This document shows positions 37,122-45,302 of a stretch of DNA of 64,000 nucleotides, one piece after another (position 1 is the first letter of the stretch; each line of letters begins with the position of its first letter). The DNA is from Bacteriovoracaceae bacterium (lineage in GTDB: Bacteria; Bdellovibrionota; Bacteriovoracia; Bacteriovoracales; Bacteriovoracaceae), in the NCBI GenBank assembly GCA_048270185.1, contig JBLWTJ010000005.1, positions 1-64,000 of the forward strand, read 5' to 3'. The position numbers and the translations under genes are program-made. The notes beneath the pieces are model-generated. The model ran no database searches, had not been told where the DNA came from, and was given only the letters and a program-made list of their open reading frames with translations.

Positions 37122-38195
37122 ATGAAAAAACAGCACTGTTATATTTTGTTATTCTTATTGTTTTCAATTTCAATCAATACTTTTGCAAAAGTTTCGGCAA
37201 TTGAAGTACTTAAAGTAAAAGACATCATTTGGGGAATGGATTTCATCAGTGAATATGAAATTTTACTGACTGAACGCGATGGTCGAATAAGCCATGCAAA
37301 TCTACTGACAAAAGTTGTGACACCTGTCACGACTCCCAAAGTAAAGGCTCGTGGTCAAGGTGGAATGCTTGATGTGGCCATTAAGAAAATTGGACAAAAA
37401 ACTTATGCTTATTACACTTTCTCTATGGAGGAAAATGATAGTCTTTTCACAGCTCTAGGACGTGCCGAGTATAAGAATAAAGCACTTATCAAGCCTGAGA
37501 TTCTTTTCAAATCCAAAATCAAAAGTGATACCACTAGACATTTTGGCTCAAGAGTTGCGTTCAAAGACAATCATATCTTTATGACTGTGGGAGATCGTGG
37601 TGAAAGAAAATATGCACAAGATCTAAGTGTACATAATGGAAAAGTCCTAAGGCTTAATTTAGATGGTAGTGCTGCTAAAGGGAATCCTTTTGAAGCAAAG
37701 CCAGGTGCCCTAAAAGAGATCTATAGTTATGGTCATCGAAATCCTCAAGGAATTGCCATTTCTCAAAGCGGGAATGTGTATAGCTGTGAATTTGGTCCTC
37801 GTGGTGGAGATGAATTAAATCTTGTTGAAGCAGGTAAGAACTACGGCTGGCCAATCATAACTTACGGAAGTGAATACTGGGGACCAAGTATTGGAACCAC
37901 TCAAAAACCAGGACTCGAGCAACCTCTTGTCCATTGGACTCCAAGTATTTCTCCATCTGGAATGGCCATTTACGAAGCAGATCTTCACAAACAATGGAAA
38001 GGGCATATTCTAATGGCCGCTTTAGGAAGTGAGCATCTTAGGCTTGTGAAGCTTAACGGGAATAAAGTTGTCGCTCAAGAAGCCTACTTAGAAGACCTCG
38101 AAGAGCGTATGAGACAAGTAAGAGTTTCTCCTAAGGGTGAAGTCTACCTGACAACTGATTCTGGTAAAATCTTGAAAGTAACGTATAAAAAATAG
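37122..38195 (+). CDS. PQQ-dependent sugar dehydrogenase (YliI/GdhB family)
   Basis: GQGGMLD, HFGSR, YGHRNPQG, GGDELN, NYGWP. Confidence 0.93.
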   Translation: MKKQHCYILLFLLFSISINTFAKVSAIEVLKVKDIIWGMDFISEYEILLTERDGRISHANLLTKVVTPVTTPKVKARGQGGMLDVAIKKIGQKTYAYYTFSMEENDSLFTALGRAEYKNKALIKPEILFKSKIKSDTTRHFGSRVAFKDNHIFMTVGDRGERKYAQDLSVHNGKVLRLNLDGSAAKGNPFEAKPGALKEIYSYGHRNPQGIAISQSGNVYSCEFGPRGGDELNLVEAGKNYGWPIITYGSEYWGPSIGTTQKPGLEQPLVHWTPSISPSGMAIYEADLHKQWKGHILMAALGSEHLRLVKLNGNKVVAQEAYLEDLEERMRQVRVSPKGEVYLTTDSGKILKVTYKK

Positions 38196-38267
38196 ACGGC
38201 CTTTAAAATTTATACACTTAGATAATTGAGTACTGAGGGTAAGTTATTGAAATGCTGAACTTCTTTT

Positions 38268-38283
38268 TGGCACACTATCTGCA
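38268..38283 (+). promoter_or_regulatory. sigma54 (-24/-12) promoter
   Basis: TGGCAC-ACTAT-CTGCA with GG-N10-GC spacing. Confidence 0.75.
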
Positions 38284-38319
38284 TTAGTAATAGTGAGAAA
38301 TAATAAAAGGAGAAGTATT

Positions 38320-38532
38320 ATGAAAAAGTTATTCTTAGTTTCAATTTTATCGCTTTTAACAAGTTATGTTCTTGCTGGTGTAAGAGAGACTCCAACAGAT
38401 ACATCGACCAATTCAATTTGCGTTCGTAAATCTTTGAATTTGAAAATGAAAATGCAGGAAATTGATAAATTAATTGCTAAGTCTGAGTCATCTAAGAAAA
38501 AAGATGTGAATTCGAAATCTAATATTCAATAA
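38320..38532 (+). CDS. Small secreted protein (70 aa)
   Basis: SD AAGGAG, MKKLFLVSILSLLTSYVLA signal peptide, ETPT motif, one Cys. Confidence 0.82.
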   Translation: MKKLFLVSILSLLTSYVLAGVRETPTDTSTNSICVRKSLNLKMKMQEIDKLIAKSESSKKKDVNSKSNIQ

Positions 38533-38534
38533 TA

Positions 38535-38876
38535 TTAGTTTTCTCGTAATACTTTTAGCAGGGCCTCACGTTCTTCAACTGTGTATTCACCATGTTGATA
38601 ATCATCAAGAGCGTCGAGGTCCTGAGCTTTCTTGGCAATTCCAGACGAATTTCTTTTCACTGTATCAACTTTCTTAGCAGTATTATTAAACAACTTTACC
38701 GTCATATCTTTACCTTCACTAAGGCTTGTATTGATATAGAAGGCAATTGTTGAATAGACTTTACTTGTAAAAGGCTTAAGTGGCTTATTCATACTATCAA
38801 AGACAGTAGATTTCTGAGAAACAGGAAATGCTAGGATAAGAAAACTAAATGAAAAATAAATTAAAAATCTTAGCAT
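38535..38876 (-). CDS. Membrane-anchored hypothetical protein
   Basis: N-terminal hydrophobic segment; coupled to the response regulator gene. Confidence 0.7.
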   Translation of the reverse strand: MLRFLIYFSFSFLILAFPVSQKSTVFDSMNKPLKPFTSKVYSTIAFYINTSLSEGKDMTVKLFNNTAKKVDTVKRNSSGIAKKAQDLDALDDYQHGEYTVEEREALLKVLREN

Positions 38877-38879
38877 TAA

Positions 38880-39275
38880 TTAACTCGCTTTTTCTTTGGC
38901 CAAATCATTAGTCATTTTTTCAACTGACTTTAGAAGATCAGCTCTTTTAAATGGTTTTACTAGAAAGTCCTGGGCACCAGATGAGATGGCCTCAATACAA
39001 ACGGTTTCAATATCAAGAGATGACATCATAATTACTTTAGCATGCATGAAATTATTCACGATAGATTCAGTAAGCTCAAGTCCACTGATCTCTGGCATGA
39101 TGACATCGATAATGAAAACATCTGGATTAACTTCGAAAGATAGCTTTAGTGCTTCCTGTGCGTTACTTACACATCCAACAACTTCATATCCTTCTTGTTC
39201 TAAGATGTCTTTTATCGATGATCTTGAAAGTTCAGAGTCATCTACAATCATAATTTTCATATCTTGATTTTCCAT
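38880..39275 (-). CDS. Single-domain response regulator (CheY-like)
   Basis: IVDDS, IDVIMPEISG, MMSS, FLVKPF. Confidence 0.94.
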   Translation of the reverse strand: MENQDMKIMIVDDSELSRSSIKDILEQEGYEVVGCVSNAQEALKLSFEVNPDVFIIDVIMPEISGLELTESIVNNFMHAKVIMMSSLDIETVCIEAISSGAQDFLVKPFKRADLLKSVEKMTNDLAKEKAS

Positions 39276-39304
39276 ACACTACTCATTTTAAAATATGTTT
39301 GTAT

Positions 39305-39335
39305 AAAAAAAAAGAGGGCCATCTAGGCCCTCTTT
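39305..39335 (-). terminator. Terminator of lon paralog 2
   Basis: GAGGGCC/GGCCCTC stem followed by T9 on the minus strand. Confidence 0.9.
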
Positions 39336-39338
39336 CTA

Positions 39339-41756
39339 TTAAGCAGCGACTGATGTCGTTTTCTTTTCTTGATGTTTTTTGTCCACTTTCTTCTTAAGCG
39401 CTCTCTTGTATCCGCTCCAATCAACAAGTGCTATTTCTAGAACTTCATCAATTGTTTTAACAGGTACAAAGTTAATTTGTTCTCTTAGGTTTTCAGGGAT
39501 ATCAACTAAGTCTTTCTTATTTCCCCATGGGATAACAACTGTTGAAATACCCATTCTAAGAGCAGCTAGAGCTTTTTCCTTTAGTCCACCGATTGGAAGA
39601 ACTTTACCCGTTAGAGTAATTTCTCCAGTCATTGCAACATCACGGCTTACTGGAACACCTGTACAATTCGATACAAGGGCCGTCGCTAGTGTGATACCTG
39701 CAGATGGTCCATCTTTTGGAGTGGCACCAGCTGGTAAGTGAACGTGAAATTCGTGGTTTTCAAAAATATCTTCATCTATTCCCATGTACTGTGCTCGAGA
39801 GCGGATATAGTTAATTGCAGTTTTTGCTGACTCTTTCATAACGTCACCAAGTTGACCTGTTAGGGTAAGACCCTGTCCTTTCATCTTAGTCGTTTCAATA
39901 TAGAGAACTTCACCACCATGAGATGTCCAAGCTAGTCCTGTTGATACACCAACTTCATCTTCTTCTTTGTGATCTTCTTTAACGAAAATTGGTGGCCCAA
40001 GGTATTTAACAACAGTGTCTTTAACAATATGTGTTTTTCCCATATCACCTTTTGCAATTTTCATTGCAACTTTACGGCAAAGAGTACCAATTCTTCTTTC
40101 TAAGTTTCTTAGTCCTGCTTCAGAAGTATAGTGCTCGATTACACTCTCTACACCTTCGTCTGTGAACTTAACGTGATCTGTTGTGATTCCGTTTTCATCC
40201 ATTTGTTTAGGAATAATATATCTCTTAGAAATTTCAACTTTTTCTTCTCTTGTGTAACCAGATAGATTGATTACTTCCATACGGTCTCTCAATGGACCAG
40301 GAATATTTTCTAGCATATTTGAAGTAGCAATAAACATACAGTTTGAAAGATCAAATGGTACATTTAGGTAGTGATCTCTAAACTCAACATTTTGTTCTGG
40401 ATCTAGTACTTCAAGAAGAGCTGCAGATGGATCACCTTTGTAATCACCTGATAGCTTATCAATTTCATCTAAAAGAACAACAGGGTTATTCGTTTTGGCT
40501 TGCTTCATCGCTTGAATAAAACGTCCCGGCATTGCACCAACATAAGTTCTTCTGTGTCCTCTAATCTCTGCTTCATCTTTTACACCACCAAGTGAAATTC
40601 TTACGAACTCTCTACCTGTTGCACGTGCAATTGATTTACCAAGAGAAGTTTTACCAACACCTGGAGGTCCTTGGAAGCAAAGGATTGGTCCTTTCATATC
40701 GTCACCTTTTAGTTGTCTAACTGCTAGGTGCTCTAGGATTCTTTCTTTGATTTGAGTTAGTTCGAAGTGATCTTCATCTAAGATCTCAAGAGCTGAGTTA
40801 AGATCAATATGCTCTTCAGACTTCTTATTCCATGGAAGGTCACACATCCACTCAATATAATTTCTCATAATACTTGCTTCAGACGAATCTGGGTGCATCT
40901 TTTCAAGACGTGCAAGTTGCTTTTGTGTTTCTTTTAATACTTCTTCAGGCATTCCTGCGGCTTCTACTTTTGCTCTGAATTCTGCAAACTCATCTTGTTC
41001 TTGAGAATCACCAAGTTCAGACTTGATTGCCTTGATTTGTTCTTTTAAAAATACATCTCTCTGATTTGCGCTCTCAGTTGATGTATTAGTTTTCATCTTT
41101 TGTTGCATCATTAAAATTTCAAGCTCACGATTTAAAATATCGTTGATAGCGTGAAGACGATCAACTGGATCGAGAGTCTCAAGAATTGATTGAGCTTCTG
41201 ATACGTGAAGGTTTAGGTTTGATGCAATTAAGTCTGCAAGTCTTGAAGGATCTGTAATATCTTCAAGAACCATTAGAATATCTGGAGAAAGAACTTTTCC
41301 AAGTTGAATAACTTTTTCAAGTTGTTCCTTGATTGTTCTCATCAGTGCTGTCGTTGCAATATTTGAATTGTCAGCTATAACATCTTCAACTTTCTCTACT
41401 TTAGTAACATAGAAAGGATTTTGCTGTTCAAAAGAAGTGATTCTTGCTTTTGAAAGACCTTGAACAAGAATTTTAATTCTTCCGTCAGGAAGTTTTCTCA
41501 TTCTCATGATCATGGCAACTGTACCAAGTTCATAAATCTCTTCTGGAGCTGGATGCTCTGCTACGATATCTTTTTGACTTGAAAGTAGAATAAGTCGATC
41601 TGAATGATTGATAGCGTGATCGATTGCTTTAATCGATGCTTCTCTACCAACAAATAGAGGCAAAATCATAAATGGATAAATAACTAAATCTCTAATTGGT
41701 AAGAGGGCCAATTCTTCCTTAAACTCAATGTTCTCACCCTCGTAATTTGTAACCAT
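39339..41756 (-). CDS. lon: ATP-dependent Lon protease (paralog 2)
   Basis: LLPIRD, GPPGVGKTS, RGHRRTY, PKDGPSAG, GGLKEK; start moved to MVTNYE after GGAGG. Confidence 0.97.
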   Translation of the reverse strand: MVTNYEGENIEFKEELALLPIRDLVIYPFMILPLFVGREASIKAIDHAINHSDRLILLSSQKDIVAEHPAPEEIYELGTVAMIMRMRKLPDGRIKILVQGLSKARITSFEQQNPFYVTKVEKVEDVIADNSNIATTALMRTIKEQLEKVIQLGKVLSPDILMVLEDITDPSRLADLIASNLNLHVSEAQSILETLDPVDRLHAINDILNRELEILMMQQKMKTNTSTESANQRDVFLKEQIKAIKSELGDSQEQDEFAEFRAKVEAAGMPEEVLKETQKQLARLEKMHPDSSEASIMRNYIEWMCDLPWNKKSEEHIDLNSALEILDEDHFELTQIKERILEHLAVRQLKGDDMKGPILCFQGPPGVGKTSLGKSIARATGREFVRISLGGVKDEAEIRGHRRTYVGAMPGRFIQAMKQAKTNNPVVLLDEIDKLSGDYKGDPSAALLEVLDPEQNVEFRDHYLNVPFDLSNCMFIATSNMLENIPGPLRDRMEVINLSGYTREEKVEISKRYIIPKQMDENGITTDHVKFTDEGVESVIEHYTSEAGLRNLERRIGTLCRKVAMKIAKGDMGKTHIVKDTVVKYLGPPIFVKEDHKEEDEVGVSTGLAWTSHGGEVLYIETTKMKGQGLTLTGQLGDVMKESAKTAINYIRSRAQYMGIDEDIFENHEFHVHLPAGATPKDGPSAGITLATALVSNCTGVPVSRDVAMTGEITLTGKVLPIGGLKEKALAALRMGISTVVIPWGNKKDLVDIPENLREQINFVPVKTIDEVLEIALVDWSGYKRALKKKVDKKHQEKKTTSVAA

Positions 41757-41806
41757 AAATCTTTCCTCCACAGGTCGGCGCAAAATAGGCAATTTGTTCT
41801 TAATTA

Positions 41807-41833
41807 ACATCGGGCAATAAAAAAAACTCTTTA
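41807..41833 (-). promoter_or_regulatory. Putative sigma28/FliA promoter of lon paralog 2
   Basis: TAAAGAGT-N11-CCCGATGT on the minus strand. Confidence 0.6.
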
Positions 41834-41961
41834 ATAAAATCACCAAAAATGCGTGATTTTTTTGAGTTTTTTAACTGATTTTTTTGCTATGATTTAGTTA
41901 ATGTGTTGTAATTGCATAGAGTGAAAATGGACCGTTATAGTCGGTTATTAGGAGTTTATTT

Positions 41962-43374
41962 ATGTCTAAAAATTTAACTACGTCTTCGTCTTTGGCTTCA
42001 AATAAGAAGGTGGCCATCGTTGTTCTTGCCGCAGGTAAGGGAACAAGACTAAAAATGGACATCCCTAAGCCACTTGCTCCTCTCCACCAAAATACTTTAG
42101 TCGATTATGTCATCGAAACATTTAAAGATTTTGGAGATATCACTCTGGTAACAGGTCATCAACGTGAACTTGTTGAAGAGCACGTCAATAATAGCTTTGA
42201 AGGAATTAATTACGTCTATCAAAAAGAGCAACTTGGAACAGGTCATGCCGTTCAAACATACCTTAAAGATTTTGAACACTCTCGTGGCTACGACTACACA
42301 ATTGTGACTTGTGCAGATACTCCACTAATTACAAAAGATACGATCAACGCTCTTATTGAAGAAATTGAAAAAGGCTCAAATGCAGTATGTGCTACATTTA
42401 CGGCAAATAACCCAACTGGCTATGGACGCATTATTCGTAAGGGCACGGGCTTTCAGATTGTTGAAGAAAAAGATGCCACAGATGATCAGAGAACTGTAAC
42501 AGAAGTTAACTCGGGACTCTATATTTTTAAAACTCTATATCTGATGGATCATATTTTTAATCTTTCAGATAATAATAAATCAGGAGAATTCTATCTAACT
42601 GATACATTTAGTCCAGAAGCTAATGTAACTCCTTTATTATTTGAGGAAGAGCAAGAGTTTCTAGGAGTCAATAATCTCGTTCAACTATCGCAAGCTGATA
42701 TATTTCTAAGACGCTCAATTGCTCGCTATCTAATGCTAGAGGTAGGAGTACGATTTAGTGATCCTTCTCATACATATTGTTATTCTAAAAATATTGGTCA
42801 AGGAACACATCTTTTTCAAAATGCATTCATCGATGACAAAACAGTTATTGGAAAAAATGTCGTGATCGAACAAGGTGTGACAATAAAAAATTCAATAATT
42901 GAAGATGGAGCAATCATTAAGGCCAATTCATATATCACTGATTCAAAAGTTTCAAAAGGAGCTTCAATTGGACCAATGGCACAGCTTCGTCCTGGTAGTG
43001 ATATTGGAGAAGGTGCAAAAATCGGAAATTTTGTTGAAATTAAAAAATCAAAAATTGGTAAGAAGTCAGCAGTCTCTCACTTAAGTTATGCTGGTGACGC
43101 AGAAATTGGCGATGGTGTTAATATCGGTTGTGGATTCATCACTTGTAATTATGATGGAGCGAATAAGAGTAAGACAATTATCGGTGATGGCTCCTTTATT
43201 GGATCAGATACACAAATGATTGCACCAATTGAAATTGGAAAAGAATGCTATGTTGCATCAGGCTCAACGATAAATAAGAGTATGCCAGATGGATCTTTTG
43301 CGATTGCCAGAGGGCGTCAAGAGACGAAAGAGGGTATGGCAAGGCGTTTCATAAAGAAAAAAACTGATAAATAA
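41962..43374 (+). CDS. glmU: Bifunctional GlcNAc-1-P uridyltransferase / GlcN-1-P acetyltransferase
   Basis: LAAGKGTR, QLGTGHAV, GYGRI, EVNSG, GNFVEIK, HLSY, CNYDG. Confidence 0.97.
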   Translation: MSKNLTTSSSLASNKKVAIVVLAAGKGTRLKMDIPKPLAPLHQNTLVDYVIETFKDFGDITLVTGHQRELVEEHVNNSFEGINYVYQKEQLGTGHAVQTYLKDFEHSRGYDYTIVTCADTPLITKDTINALIEEIEKGSNAVCATFTANNPTGYGRIIRKGTGFQIVEEKDATDDQRTVTEVNSGLYIFKTLYLMDHIFNLSDNNKSGEFYLTDTFSPEANVTPLLFEEEQEFLGVNNLVQLSQADIFLRRSIARYLMLEVGVRFSDPSHTYCYSKNIGQGTHLFQNAFIDDKTVIGKNVVIEQGVTIKNSIIEDGAIIKANSYITDSKVSKGASIGPMAQLRPGSDIGEGAKIGNFVEIKKSKIGKKSAVSHLSYAGDAEIGDGVNIGCGFITCNYDGANKSKTIIGDGSFIGSDTQMIAPIEIGKECYVASGSTINKSMPDGSFAIARGRQETKEGMARRFIKKKTDK

Positions 43375-43455
43375 CTGACATAAAATTTTAATTTCGCCTG
43401 CAAAATGGTATCTTTCTTAGATTAGTATTTTAATTACACATATAAGGAAGTGACT

Positions 43456-45285
43456 ATGTGCGGAATTGTCGGCCATTTAGGGCCATCAAATTCAGTTGAT
43501 GTTGTACTCGAGGGGCTAAGAAGATTAGAGTATCGAGGATATGACTCTGCTGGAGTTAGCTTTATCAGTAAGAATGACGAACTTTTAGTTTATAAAAAAG
43601 AAGGTAAAATTCAAAACCTTGAAAATGAACTTGAAGGGAAAGATATTCACGCTCGCTCTTGTATTGGGCATACTCGTTGGGCCACGCATGGTGGTGTAAC
43701 AGACTATAATGCTCACCCACACGTATCGACAAAAGATGGTATTGCAATGGTTCACAATGGAATTATTGAAAATGCTAACGAAATTAGGAATGAGCTTAAA
43801 GAACAAGGTATCTATTTTGAATCGGAAACAGATTCTGAAACATTCTTAGGACTTTTAATTTTTCATAAGCGTCAGGGTACTCCAATAAAAGAAGCTGTTA
43901 TTAAGTCTTTCGAGCGTATCGAAGGGTTCTCTGCATTTGTTGTTCTAAATCGTGAAACAGATGAAATCTTTGCAATCAAAAAAGGTGCACCACTAGTCTG
44001 TGGAAGTAATGATGTAAATTCTGAGGTTTTTGTTTCAAGCGATCCTTATGCGCTAGCTGGTATGGCAACAAGAATTTACTTCCCAGAGGATAATGTTCTT
44101 TGTCACTTAAGTGTAAAAAATAATCAACTATTAAACTTCTACGAATTAAATGGTGAAAAAACTCATCGTTATATGTCTAAAGAGCAAACGATTGATCACG
44201 ATCCGGCTTCAAAGGGTGAATTTGAGCACTTCATGCTTAAAGAGATTCATGAGCAGCCAGAGCTTATTAGATCACTTACTCAGTACTACTTTCAAGGTGA
44301 AGGGAAAGAGAGCTTAGAGGCAGCAACAAAGTTACCAATGGATGCCATTAGTATTACTGCTTGTGGAACTGCCTACTATGCTGGTCTTGTAATTAAAGAT
44401 TACTTTGAGTCTCAAAATCGAATTAGATGCTTTGCTGAAGTAGCTAGTGAATTCCGCTATCGCAATCCAATCCTAAATAATAATGAACTTGCCATGTTCA
44501 TCTCACAGTCGGGTGAAACAGCAGATACTCTTGCGGCCCAAACAATGTGTAAAGAGAATGGATTAAAATCACTTTCAATTGTAAATACTGAAGGCTCAAC
44601 TCTCTATCGTGATTGTGATGTAAACCTTATGATCCGTGCCGGTGTTGAAATTGGTGTTGCTTCAACTAAAGCGTTTACTCAACAAGTTCTCACAGGAAAA
44701 ACTCTTTCAGAAGTTATTGCTGCAGGTGGAATGACTGATGATCTAAGAAACTCACTAGCGTCTCGTTATAGTCTTCTTGCAGAACGTGTTGAAGGACTTC
44801 TGACAAATACAAAACCAATTAAACAAGTTGCAGATGCAATCTATAAGCATAAAGGATTCTTCTATACTGGTCGTGGGGCATTCTTTCCTGTGGCGTTAGA
44901 GGGGGCACTAAAGCTTAAAGAAATTGCTTATGTTCACGCTGAAGGTTATGCCTCTGGTGAGTTGAAGCACGGGCCAATTGCTCTTATTGATGAAGAGAAA
45001 GTAAATATCGCTCTTGTTGGTGAAGATCTTTATGAGAAAACAGTTTCTAATATCCAAGAGATTAAAGCTCGAAAAGGGCTAATTGTTTCAATCGGACCTA
45101 AGAATAAAGAAGATCTGAGAGAAATTTCTGATCACTATATTGAATTAGATTTTGATGGGCTAGGTGATCTTGCTCCACTTTATGCAAACGTAGTAAATCA
45201 ATTGCTTGCATATTATATCGCAAAGAATCTAGGGACAGATATTGATAAGCCAAGAAACTTAGCAAAATCAGTTACAGTAGAATAA
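43456..45285 (+). CDS. glmS: Glutamine-fructose-6-phosphate transaminase
   Basis: MCGIVG, EYRGYDSAG, GHTRWATHG, PRNLAKSVTVE. Confidence 0.99.
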   Translation: MCGIVGHLGPSNSVDVVLEGLRRLEYRGYDSAGVSFISKNDELLVYKKEGKIQNLENELEGKDIHARSCIGHTRWATHGGVTDYNAHPHVSTKDGIAMVHNGIIENANEIRNELKEQGIYFESETDSETFLGLLIFHKRQGTPIKEAVIKSFERIEGFSAFVVLNRETDEIFAIKKGAPLVCGSNDVNSEVFVSSDPYALAGMATRIYFPEDNVLCHLSVKNNQLLNFYELNGEKTHRYMSKEQTIDHDPASKGEFEHFMLKEIHEQPELIRSLTQYYFQGEGKESLEAATKLPMDAISITACGTAYYAGLVIKDYFESQNRIRCFAEVASEFRYRNPILNNNELAMFISQSGETADTLAAQTMCKENGLKSLSIVNTEGSTLYRDCDVNLMIRAGVEIGVASTKAFTQQVLTGKTLSEVIAAGGMTDDLRNSLASRYSLLAERVEGLLTNTKPIKQVADAIYKHKGFFYTGRGAFFPVALEGALKLKEIAYVHAEGYASGELKHGPIALIDEEKVNIALVGEDLYEKTVSNIQEIKARKGLIVSIGPKNKEDLREISDHYIELDFDGLGDLAPLYANVVNQLLAYYIAKNLGTDIDKPRNLAKSVTVE

Positions 45286-45302
45286 AAGAAATAGGAAGGT
45301 AG

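Noticed and set aside
41776..41791. GG-N10-GC as a sigma54 promoter for glmU
   Set aside because: Poor match outside the dinucleotides, and it lies in the lon2 leader far from glmU.
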